From IMG/VR virus record IMGVR_UViG_3300044658_000058, positions 64,001 to 128,000 of that record: 64,000 nucleotides of DNA; one strand, written 5' to 3'. The position numbers and the translations under genes are program-made. Positions 1-7,650 of the stretch are shown here, piece after piece. The notes beneath the pieces were generated by a model, which did not search any database, was not told the DNA's origin, and saw only the letters and a list, made by a program, of their open reading frames with translations. Each line of letters opens with the position of its first letter. The first letter of the stretch is position 1. The stretch comes from a virus.

Positions 1-1023
1 ATCAGAACCGTGATCAAGAGAACTGTTGATAGGCAAAACTGGCGCTACGAATGCCGTAGTCGAAGCTTGGTTACCAGTGTTTGTCAAAGATGAAGGATGA
101 CCGGCCCAACGGATATAATCAGACTGTTGATTGATTACTTCCTTGTAATATGAAGTAGCACCATTGTCATACTTGGCATCTACAGCTTTCGAAATCTTCT
201 GATAAACTTCAAGGACTTCGCCACGCTGATTTGTCCAAAGACCATCTTCGTCAACGACAACGACGTGCATTTCATCGTCTGAACCACCAAGATTTGCAAC
301 GTAGTCAGAAGTACCCGGAGCGTTGTCAACTACAGTGTAGAATTCCCAACGACGCACGGCAGTCTGGCCAGTACCGCCAGCAATGTGACGTGAATCGAGA
401 GTCAACGAAGTTGTATTACCGATTGCAGCAACAGAGTGAGTTTCGCCATTGATAACCAAAAGGTCACCAACAACAACCTGTGTTGTAAAGTTTGTTCCAG
501 TACCGGTAACTGTAAGAGTATTTGCAGTAACGGAAACTGTACCAGTCAAAGTAGACTGATAAGCAGCCGCCGAAGGGCAAACCGCTACTTTCAAAGAGTT
601 ACCCATAGCGCCAGCGAACTTAGCAATCCATGGACCAGTATTGAAAGAAGATTGAAGACTACCAGTGTCGTAAGAAGCAGAATATTCTTCATCGTTACGA
701 ACAAGGAAACCGGCTGTACCGGCAGAAGCGTTGGTAGCTCTTAGAGCGGTGTTAGCGTTGTTATCGTTGACAACACGAACAATCCATAGGTTGTTAGCGT
801 ATGCCAAGAAATTAGCAGCCGAGAACCAGTCGTTAGCGACAGTATTGTTTGGTTTCCAGAAAGTATCGACAAGCTCTTGTTCTGAATCGATAGAGACAAG
901 CTGATCTACTGGACCCCACTGGAAAGAACCGGCCAAGCCACCTTCCGTAGTCGAAACCGCAGGAATGATATTGGTTGTGTCGAATTCTTTTACGTACACA
1001 CCGGCTGATAAATAGAATGGCAT
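1..1023 (-). CDS. 18: Tail sheath protein (T4 gp18 homolog), 5' part; runs off the window
   Basis: Manual translation from ATG at 1023: MPFYLSAGVYVKEFDTTNIIPAVSTTEGGLAGSFQWGPVDQ..., the typical gp18 N-terminus; absent from the ORF track because there is no stop in the window. Confidence 0.93.
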   Translation of the reverse strand, partial: MPFYLSAGVYVKEFDTTNIIPAVSTTEGGLAGSFQWGPVDQLVSIDSEQELVDTFWKPNNTVANDWFSAANFLAYANNLWIVRVVNDNNANTALRATNASAGTAGFLVRNDEEYSASYDTGSLQSSFNTGPWIAKFAGAMGNSLKVAVCPSAAAYQSTLTGTVSVTANTLTVTGTGTNFTTQVVVGDLLVINGETHSVAAIGNTTSLTLDSRHIAGGTGQTAVRRWEFYTVVDNAPGTSDYVANLGGSDDEMHVVVVDEDGLWTNQRGEVLEVYQKISKAVDAKYDNGATSYYKEVINQQSDYIRWAGHPSSLTNTGNQASTTAFVAPVLPINSSLDHGSD

Positions 1024-1028
1024 GGAAT

Positions 1029-1066
1029 TACTCCCTATTATTATTGTTATATGCGGGAGTATTTAG
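1029..1066 (-). promoter_or_regulatory. Late promoter CTAAATA plus an RBS-sequestering hairpin upstream of gp18
   Basis: CTAAATA at 1066-1060; inverted repeat TACTCCC (1029-1035) / GGGAGTA (1055-1061) covers the GGGAG Shine-Dalgarno. Confidence 0.6.
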
Positions 1067-1121
1067 GATTCGGCCCTTTTTAACTTAATTTTGACCTAAA
1101 TAGAGGTAAAAATGGTCAATT

Positions 1122-1433
1122 ATGACCATGCGGGGCACGATATTGGATACAAAGAATCCTTTCTTTGGGAAAAAGCACACGGCTGAATCCCGCAAAAAAA
1201 TCAAAGAGAATCATGTTGGTATGTCTGGGAAAAAACATTCTCCGGAAACGAAAGAAAAAATGTCAGCCGCTCATACTGGACGAAATTGGGTCTACAAAGG
1301 AATGGTGAACAAATCCATTCCGAGCGAAGAACTGCAAACCTATCTGGATAACGGTTGGCTACGGGGCAGAGCTATCGATAAAAGAGGATCGAAGAGCTAC
1401 ATGTTGAAATTTTTGTTTGAAAATTCCCCTTGA
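1122..1433 (+). CDS. NUMOD3 DNA-binding repeat protein (homing-endonuclease-derived, no nuclease domain)
   Basis: KNPFFGKKHTAESRKKI and GKKHSPETKEKMS repeats; C-terminal YLDNGWLRGR; no GIY-YIG or HNH motif. Confidence 0.75.
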   Translation: MTMRGTILDTKNPFFGKKHTAESRKKIKENHVGMSGKKHSPETKEKMSAAHTGRNWVYKGMVNKSIPSEELQTYLDNGWLRGRAIDKRGSKSYMLKFLFENSP

Positions 1434-1458
1434 CATTCATTCATATAACCGATATATT
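1430..1458 (+). promoter_or_regulatory. sigma70-type early promoter
   Basis: TTGACA-17 nt-TATATT. Confidence 0.75.
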
Positions 1459-1494
1459 GAAACCATAGTCATCGATTTAATGAAAGGTTTGTGA

Positions 1495-1704
1495 ATGGCT
1501 GATAAAGGCAACCGGGTTCAGATGGCGCAGATTGTTGCGTTCGCCAATTTTCCCGATTTGAAGCGCTTTCCCGACGAACGACACATTGTCGTGCGCAAAG
1601 AGTTGCGGCGCAATTTCGGGAATCTTAAGGACCAGTACGACTTGGCCCTTGCCAAGCTGGCCGCCGAACAGCGCACCATTCCCATTTCCCTTCCGGTCGC
1701 ATAA
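1495..1704 (+). CDS. Hypothetical protein
   Basis: First ORF after the promoter, AAGG RBS. Confidence 0.6.
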   Translation: MADKGNRVQMAQIVAFANFPDLKRFPDERHIVVRKELRRNFGNLKDQYDLALAKLAAEQRTIPISLPVA

Positions 1705-1877
1705 GATGGGTTGGCTTATTCCGATACCATTTTTGTTGGTGCTGTTGGCCATCGTCTGGCGAGCCCAACGAAAGCATGTGGCCGGGCGGGAAGCCCTGAT
1801 CGAATCGCAGGCGAAGCGTATCAAGGAACTTGAATACGAAAACTATTGCCTGAAATACCCACTGTTAAGGAGTCGAG

Positions 1878-2249
1878 ATGACTGAACAAGGTGAGAAGCC
1901 GGACAATTTGGATTATTACATTGTCCGTGGCGGAATGTCGTGGGGACGTGACGAAGACCTTAAGACGGCCTTCTTCAATTGGTTCAAGAATGAACGGCCA
2001 ATAGGCGATACCAAGGTCGTCGTCCACCAAGTCGCCGCCAGTGCCACGGTCGATGATTTCGGTCGCCTGAACTGGTTTGAAAAAGACGGGGAGCCGCCGA
2101 AGTTGGGCGAAATCGTCGTCACCAAGAAGCTCATTGACCGGTACAACGCCGTCATGAACGATCTTGACGAACTTCTAGTGCCGGTCGAAGAAAAATTCGA
2201 TTGGGACTTGGCCATGCACAACGGAGAAAAAGCCGATGAAAAAGCTTGA
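1878..2249 (+). CDS. Hypothetical protein
   Basis: AAGGAG RBS, 123 aa, in operon. Confidence 0.7.
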   Translation: MTEQGEKPDNLDYYIVRGGMSWGRDEDLKTAFFNWFKNERPIGDTKVVVHQVAASATVDDFGRLNWFEKDGEPPKLGEIVVTKKLIDRYNAVMNDLDELLVPVEEKFDWDLAMHNGEKADEKA

Positions 2250-2369
2250 ACCAAAGGTAGGTGATGTGGTCGCCTTCAACAAACTGCCGGATGCCGCATG
2301 GTTCGACGTTCTGGAAATTCAATTTGGCACTGATGGCACACGATTTTCTGATTTTTTGGCTTTTTGTTG

Positions 2370-2400
2370 TTGACAAACGAATAAAACTCTTTTATAAATA
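2370..2400 (+). promoter_or_regulatory. Composite early (TTGACA-17-TATAAA) and T4 late (TATAAATA) promoter for the tmRNA
   Basis: TTGACA 2370-2375; TATAAATA 2393-2400. Confidence 0.8.
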
Positions 2401-2404
2401 TACA

Positions 2405-2697
2405 TGAAACTGTTCGACGCCAAAGAGGATGACTGCAACACGGCGGTTCAAATCCGCCCACCTCCACCAAAACTCTCGACTCCACTTTATTTAGTCGAAA
2501 TATGGGGGTGACTTGGGATCGACTGCGGTAGGAATTTGAGGTTTAGGTTTCCGGCATTGTACCGCCGTTACCGGGCTAAACAAAGTAAGAGACAACGATA
2601 ACTTCGTTCCTCTGGCTGTCGCTGCCTAATCAGCAGTAAGCCAATGAGTTTTGGCGGTTGAACTTGGAAACAGAATCAACCGTCGCTTCCATTTTTC
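2405..2697 (+). ncRNA. ssrA: Circularly permuted (two-piece) tmRNA
   Basis: Acceptor piece first: T-arm GGCGG-TTCAAAT-CCGCC, then CACCTCC-A-CCA ending at 2469. Coding piece starts GGGGGTG at 2504, giving a G3:U70 Ala identity pair. Tag frame 2591-2629 reads DNDNFVPLAVAA*. Outer ends approximate. Confidence 0.93.
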
Positions 2698-2720
2698 AGG
2701 GAACAATTTGAGTAGAATAT

Positions 2721-2837
2721 GAAACATACGCTCGCAATCCAAAGTTCTATAACGGAACGTTCTGTTGCCAGTGCAAAGAACACAAGCCTTTGAGTGAATT
2801 CCATTGGTCTGGCACAACGGAAGTGGTTGGGTCTTGA
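2721..2837 (+). pseudogene. Start-less C-terminal remnant of a small Cys-rich phage protein
   Basis: Frame reads ETYARNPKFYNGTFCCQCKEHKPLSEFHWSGTTEVVGS*, with an upstream in-frame TGA and no start codon. Confidence 0.5.
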
Positions 2838-3058
2838 AAAAAGACCTAGACCCAGATTTTTGGGATGATTTCGTTTCTCTTGCACAGTCTTATGCTTCCA
2901 TTATGCAAGGCGACGTTTACGATAGTCAGATAAATTCTGCCTATGCCATCATGAAGAAATATGGCCTTGACGAGTATGGCCATCCTCCGGAAGACGAAGA
3001 AGACGACACGCCGGTTTACACCAACAATGGACCTAAGCCGAAGAAGGCGTCGGATTGA
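2804..3058 (+). CDS. Hypothetical protein (true start possibly TTG at 2834)
   Basis: ORF in operon, overlaps the start of the next gene. Confidence 0.55.
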   Translation: MVWHNGSGWVLKKDLDPDFWDDFVSLAQSYASIMQGDVYDSQINSAYAIMKKYGLDEYGHPPEDEEDDTPVYTNNGPKPKKASD

Positions 3059-3285
3059 ACGAATTCCTAAATGACTTCGAATCTCTGTTCGGAGTCCCCG
3101 ACAAGCCCAAGCGAGACTTCACCAAGGAAGTCCAAACCACCCAAGCAAATCCGGATGCTAAGAAGCTGATAACCATTCGGCTTGACCGGGATATTTTAGC
3201 ATATTTTCAACAGCAAGGCGAAGGGTATCAAACCCGAATCAATAATGCTTTGCGAGAATTCATGAATCAAAGATTAAAGAAATGA
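3055..3285 (+). CDS. BrnA-family antitoxin-like protein (ribbon-helix-helix)
   Basis: KKLITIRLDRDILAYFQQQGEGYQTRINNALREFM matches the BrnA C-terminal signature. Confidence 0.85.
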   Translation: MNEFLNDFESLFGVPDKPKRDFTKEVQTTQANPDAKKLITIRLDRDILAYFQQQGEGYQTRINNALREFMNQRLKK

Positions 3286-3382
3286 TGTTTGTATTAGGCG
3301 TTCTATTTGGCGCAATCGTAGTTGCCATAGTTGGCCTAGCCTTATTGGGCTACTTTTTTAAAGATTTCATGAGATACTAAGT

Positions 3383-3763
3383 GTGCGCTTAATCAGCGAA
3401 CAGGAATTTTCAGAAAAATTAATTTTTGAACTTTCCGACGAAGAATTTTCGGAATTTGGAGTGGTCACCGGGCCGGGTCGTTCAGGCGCAATCGCCTCTG
3501 TTTATGCCTCTCACTTCCTCCACATACCATTCATCCCGTATGGTGCAAACGCACCGGTCCACCTTGGCCGCTTGCTGATTATTGACACTGCTGAACAGAC
3601 CGGGAAGACCATCCGCAAAGCATCACGTCGTTATGAGAATGTGCCGCATACCGTGTTCACGCTCTACAAAGAGCCGCCACGGGTTTATTTTTGGTATGAG
3701 AATCAGCCACAACGACAAGAAAGAATAAATGAACAATCTACCGAACATTCTGACCAAGGATAG
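3383..3763 (+). CDS. Phosphoribosyltransferase-like protein
   Basis: GPGRSGAIAS..SHFLHIP and PRPP-loop-like LLIIDTAEQTGKT. Confidence 0.65.
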   Translation: MRLISEQEFSEKLIFELSDEEFSEFGVVTGPGRSGAIASVYASHFLHIPFIPYGANAPVHLGRLLIIDTAEQTGKTIRKASRRYENVPHTVFTLYKEPPRVYFWYENQPQRQERINEQSTEHSDQG

Positions 3764-3962
3764 TTTTTCTAAGGAAGTCGAAAAATTCGTTCTGGAAACC
3801 GGTTCCGATTATATGGATGCCGTGCTGCACATTTGTCAGCTTAGGGATATAGAGCCCGAAACAGCCGCCAAGCTTCTGAATGCCAATCTGAAAAACATGA
3901 TTGAAAAGGAAGCTAGTTCCCTGAACCTAGTCGAGAAAACACAAAGCCTTTCATTCGAATGA
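3729..3962 (+). CDS. 33: Late transcription coactivator (gp33)
   Basis: FSKEVEKFV..DYMDAVLHIC..IEPETAAKLL; synteny 33-59-32. Confidence 0.88.
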   Translation: MNNLPNILTKDSFSKEVEKFVLETGSDYMDAVLHICQLRDIEPETAAKLLNANLKNMIEKEASSLNLVEKTQSLSFE

Positions 3963-4564
3963 TATCGCCAGAGAGAACGAAACAAATTTTCGTTGCTCTT
4001 CGTCTGCATTTCACCGGGTCATACGACTACATTAAATATCAAGGCAAGACTCGGGCCGGACTAAAGCCAGCGGAAACATGGGCAGTCGAGAAGATTGCCT
4101 ACAAATTTCAGAACGAAAATACCGTTCGGGATTTCTTCGTTGCTAATATGATCGATTCATATGTGAAGTCTGGCAAAATCGTCGGCTTCATCGGTTCTTA
4201 CGCCAACAAAGAAGCGACAGAAATTTACGAAAAATCAACAAACTGGTACAATGCATCCTACAATCTGACTTCGGATTTGAAAAAATTCGATAGTCTGAAA
4301 GATGCCGTCCTGTGTATTGACGGTAATCATCCGAAAATTTTTCAGTATGTTTTAGATGGAGAAATTTCTATATTCACCATGGCGTGTGTAATGCTTCAAA
4401 TGGGTGATCATATTGTGAGATATTGGAATAAGAATTGCGATGATACGGTATTGTTTGGTGGATATATTCAATTTTTGAAAAAGTATGTTCCACTTATACC
4501 AAAAGATAGTGAAAAAATAAAAGAAACAATAAGCAGCTATAATTACAAGACAAGGAATACATGA
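3959..4564 (+). CDS. 59: Helicase loader (gp59)
   Basis: FVALRLHFTGSYDYIKYQGK, FFVAN; synteny. Confidence 0.88.
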   Translation: MISPERTKQIFVALRLHFTGSYDYIKYQGKTRAGLKPAETWAVEKIAYKFQNENTVRDFFVANMIDSYVKSGKIVGFIGSYANKEATEIYEKSTNWYNASYNLTSDLKKFDSLKDAVLCIDGNHPKIFQYVLDGEISIFTMACVMLQMGDHIVRYWNKNCDDTVLFGGYIQFLKKYVPLIPKDSEKIKETISSYNYKTRNT

Positions 4565-4785
4565 GAAGATCAAGAATCGAACGTCGTAACGAATGGCGTG
4601 ATGCCAATCGCCGGACCAATGGAGAACCAAATCAGCCATGGGTTTCGACTGTAGACCCACGCTATGAGCCGGTAGAAGTCAAGAGCAAGAAATACGCATC
4701 GAACGGCAAGCGTGAAGTTGCCCGTCGCCTTCGACAAGCTGGTGAACATTACAATCCCGAGTGGCTTGAACAGATGGGCGCTTAA
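4561..4785 (+). CDS. Hypothetical basic protein
   Basis: ATGA overlap with gp59, AAGGA RBS. Confidence 0.6.
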   Translation: MRRSRIERRNEWRDANRRTNGEPNQPWVSTVDPRYEPVEVKSKKYASNGKREVARRLRQAGEHYNPEWLEQMGA

Positions 4786-4786
4786 G

Positions 4787-5125
4787 ATGAACCTGAATGA
4801 GTACGCTGAACAATGCCACAAGGCAAACGCCAAGTGGTGGCCGGAAGACGTTCGAACCCGCAACAAAGGCGAGGCAATCGCCTTGATGCATTCCGAGCTA
4901 TCGGAAGCCTTGGAGGGCGAACGTAAGAATCTGATGGACGACAAGCTTCCACATCGCAAGATGGCAGAAGTAGAATTTGTCGATACGCTCATTCGAATTT
5001 TCGATTATTGCCACGCCTTCGGTTATGATTTGGAAGGCGCTTTTCAAGAGAAGATGGCCTATAACGCCATTCGGGAAGATCACAAGCTTGAAAATAGAAT
5101 GAAAGAAAACGGAAAGAAATTTTAA
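4787..5125 (+). CDS. MazG-like NTP pyrophosphohydrolase
   Basis: IALMHSELSEALEGERK..EVEFVDTLIRIFD..EKMAYN; start moved to ATG 4787. Confidence 0.82.
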   Translation: MNLNEYAEQCHKANAKWWPEDVRTRNKGEAIALMHSELSEALEGERKNLMDDKLPHRKMAEVEFVDTLIRIFDYCHAFGYDLEGAFQEKMAYNAIREDHKLENRMKENGKKF

Positions 5126-5130
5126 ATTTC

Positions 5131-5161
5131 TTGACTTTTCGATGATCTTCTGATATAAATA
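5131..5161 (+). promoter_or_regulatory. Composite early/late promoter of gene 32
   Basis: TTGACT-17-TATAAATA. Confidence 0.78.
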
Positions 5162-5280
5162 AAAGATATTATGTCTGTGTGGTTAAGAAAAGATATCAAC
5201 AATACGTCAATTTTATTATGCAGACGAAACTAATGTAGTTTCAGGAGTGGATATGACAAAATATAGGATAAAAATAATAA

Positions 5281-6156
5281 ATGTCACTATCCCTTTCAGA
5301 CTTGAAAAAGTCTTCGAAAACTCGTCTCGATAACCTAATCACAAAATCCCAAGCAAATGCAGAACAAGGCGCTAAGGACGCTCGCTTTTGGCAACCAACC
5401 GTTGACAAAGCTGGTAACGGCAGTGCTGTAATTCGCTTCCTTCCCGCTTCGAAGGAAGATGGCATTGACGCTCTCCCATGGGTAAAGTACTTTGAACACG
5501 GCTTCAAAGGCCCATCGGGCAAGTGGTATATCGAAAAATCCCTCACTTCGCTAGGTCAGAAAGACCCCGTTTCCGAGTATAATTCTAAGCTTTGGAACAA
5601 GGGGACCGATGAAGCAAAGGAAATCGCACGTTCGCAGAAGCGTAAGCTTGTGTTCGTGTCGAACATTCTGGTAATTACCGATCCGGGCAATCCAGAAAAT
5701 AACGGTAAGGTGTTCCTGTTTAAGTACGGTCAGAAGATTTTTGAGAAGATCAAGAATATCATGACTCCGGACGAAGCGCTTGGTGAAGAACCAAACGATC
5801 CGTTCGACTTCTGGACAGGCCAGAACTTCAAGCTTAAGATCAAGAAAGTTGGCGATTTCCGCAACTATGACGACTCTAGCTTCGCTAATCAGTCTGTTCT
5901 TTTCAAGAAAGATGAAGAAATCGAAGCGGTCTGGAATTCGCAGTACTCACTTGGTGAATTCCTTGATCCTAAGAACTACGAAACCTACGAAGAACTGGAA
6001 AAGAAGTTGTTCGACGTTCTACAGATTCAGACCGAATCTGTGTCAACGACCGCTGAACGTCTTTCCATGAAGGTTGATGCCGCCGTGGCTGATGCCAGTG
6101 CGGAAGTTGAAGCCGGTGAAGATGCCGACTTGGACGAAATTCTGAAAAACCTCTAA
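5281..6156 (+). CDS. 32: Single-stranded DNA-binding protein (gp32)
   Basis: DARFWQPTVDKAGNGSAVIRFLP, HGFKG..KWYIE, NGKVFLFKYG, acidic tail. Confidence 0.96.
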   Translation: MSLSLSDLKKSSKTRLDNLITKSQANAEQGAKDARFWQPTVDKAGNGSAVIRFLPASKEDGIDALPWVKYFEHGFKGPSGKWYIEKSLTSLGQKDPVSEYNSKLWNKGTDEAKEIARSQKRKLVFVSNILVITDPGNPENNGKVFLFKYGQKIFEKIKNIMTPDEALGEEPNDPFDFWTGQNFKLKIKKVGDFRNYDDSSFANQSVLFKKDEEIEAVWNSQYSLGEFLDPKNYETYEELEKKLFDVLQIQTESVSTTAERLSMKVDAAVADASAEVEAGEDADLDEILKNL

Positions 6157-6158
6157 GG

Positions 6159-6280
6159 TTTCAGAAAGCAGTGCGAAAGTTGAAAACTTGGGAACCCCAC
6201 CAAGACTGCGAAAAGGGGACCATTTTGGGCGGCTATAAAGACTTGTTACACGGTTCTCCACCGTGGCCCGGAACGGAGAA
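6159..6280 (+). ncRNA. Candidate tandem pseudoknot RNA element 3' of gene 32
   Basis: Two units sharing one architecture but not sequence (see findings). Confidence 0.5.
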
Positions 6281-6291
6281 AGGACGAAGAT

Positions 6292-6777
6292 TTATTCTTC
6301 GTCCTTTTTTTCATTTTTGAGAGCATCCAAAGTTTGCTCTAGAGTGCCGGTGAACACGGCTTTATCGATATAGACCTTGGCATTCCCGCCTGTGTCCGGC
6401 ATATACACTTTTCTCTTTTTCTCAATATAGGCCATCTTGGCAGAGAAAATGTTCACCTTCTTTTCGTTGCCGTCAATGATGGTTTTCAACAATCCATTGA
6501 GTGCCTGAAAGTCTTTGTCGTCCTCCGTATCGGATGCTATTTGTGCGGCCTTTTCAGCGGCTTCTACAGCGATTTCCAAAGCGTCGGCAATGTTGCGTCT
6601 CGCTTCCTCGAAATCTCTCTGTAGCTCTTGTTCTTCGGCATCCATGGGCTCTATGACCGCTCCACCGACCTGTGGCTGTACGGTTGGTAGGTTTTCGTGT
6701 TGCACGTCTGTTAGGTTTTCGTGCTCTTCCGGTTCGGCATCGATATCCAAAACTTCATGAATTAACTTTTTTGTCAT
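6292..6777 (-). CDS. 16: Terminase small subunit (gp16)
   Basis: DFEEARRNI..FQALNGLLKT..VFTGTLEQ pattern; follows gp15. Confidence 0.75.
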   Translation of the reverse strand: MTKKLIHEVLDIDAEPEEHENLTDVQHENLPTVQPQVGGAVIEPMDAEEQELQRDFEEARRNIADALEIAVEAAEKAAQIASDTEDDKDFQALNGLLKTIIDGNEKKVNIFSAKMAYIEKKRKVYMPDTGGNAKVYIDKAVFTGTLEQTLDALKNEKKDEE

Positions 6778-7646
6778 TTATCTGTTCCTGTCACAGGATC
6801 ATACTTTTTACCATCCTGAAATTCTTCGATGGACGTGATGAATCCGTAATCGTCTTCCTTATTTATGTCCTGATACGGGATTGTAAGATTTGGGTCTGAT
6901 GTTGGTTGTCCATCGGAAGTTAGACCGGGGGTGACCACAATTCGAGCGATACGACCATTGGCCTGCATTTCATCTTCCGTGATCTTGCCAAGCCCCGGAA
7001 TCGAGTGGAAATCCACCTGAACACGCTTGATCACACCGGATTTCTGGATTGGTCCGAAAATCCATCCATCGACTTCGAAATTGAAAGTAGCGGTCAACAC
7101 ACGGCGCTCTTTGAAGTCGCCATCGTAAATGTCTTCTATCTCCGGAGCGTCTAGCATATTCACTCTGGCATCGTATTTGTAGGCAGAGCCCGGTATCAAA
7201 TCGAGTGTGGTGTTGAAATCAGAGTTGAAGAAAGGAACAATCTGTTCGATCACCTGATACACGTCGTCGGTATTCACGGACATGACATAAAGTTGGAACT
7301 TGAATTTGACGGAAACAGGCATGAATTGTGAAAGAACTTTGTTGCCGTCATCAACAATAGACACCAATTTGTGAACGGCGTTGTTCTTACGAGACTCATC
7401 AATGGTGAAACCGTCACATATGAACCCCATGCGAGGCAATTGAATTTTCACAACCGGGCTATCAGCCGGATGATGCTTCATCAGAGCATACCATTTCTGC
7501 TTGGGAGCATATGTGATAGGAACCGGAATTTGCTGTAATTCGGTCTTGTCAGCCGACAAACGAGTGACAAATATTTCGTTGAAAATATTTCCGAACATAA
7601 TAACATATTTTCGAGTGGTCGAGTGATAGAATGAATGACCTAGCAT
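6774..7646 (-). CDS. 15: Tail sheath stabilizer/terminator (gp15)
   Basis: MLGHSFYHSTTRKYVIMFGNIFN, VPITYAPKQK, LPRMGF, QVIEQIVPFF. Confidence 0.93.
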   Translation of the reverse strand: MLGHSFYHSTTRKYVIMFGNIFNEIFVTRLSADKTELQQIPVPITYAPKQKWYALMKHHPADSPVVKIQLPRMGFICDGFTIDESRKNNAVHKLVSIVDDGNKVLSQFMPVSVKFKFQLYVMSVNTDDVYQVIEQIVPFFNSDFNTTLDLIPGSAYKYDARVNMLDAPEIEDIYDGDFKERRVLTATFNFEVDGWIFGPIQKSGVIKRVQVDFHSIPGLGKITEDEMQANGRIARIVVTPGLTSDGQPTSDPNLTIPYQDINKEDDYGFITSIEEFQDGKKYDPVTGTDK

Positions 7647-7650
7647 TTAA

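Noticed and set aside
231-744. Plus-strand ORFs 231-452 and 436-744
   Set aside because: Antisense shadows of the tail sheath gene
2276-2485. ORF MESRVLVEVGGFEPP
   Set aside because: Typical antisense translation of a tRNA/tmRNA T-arm
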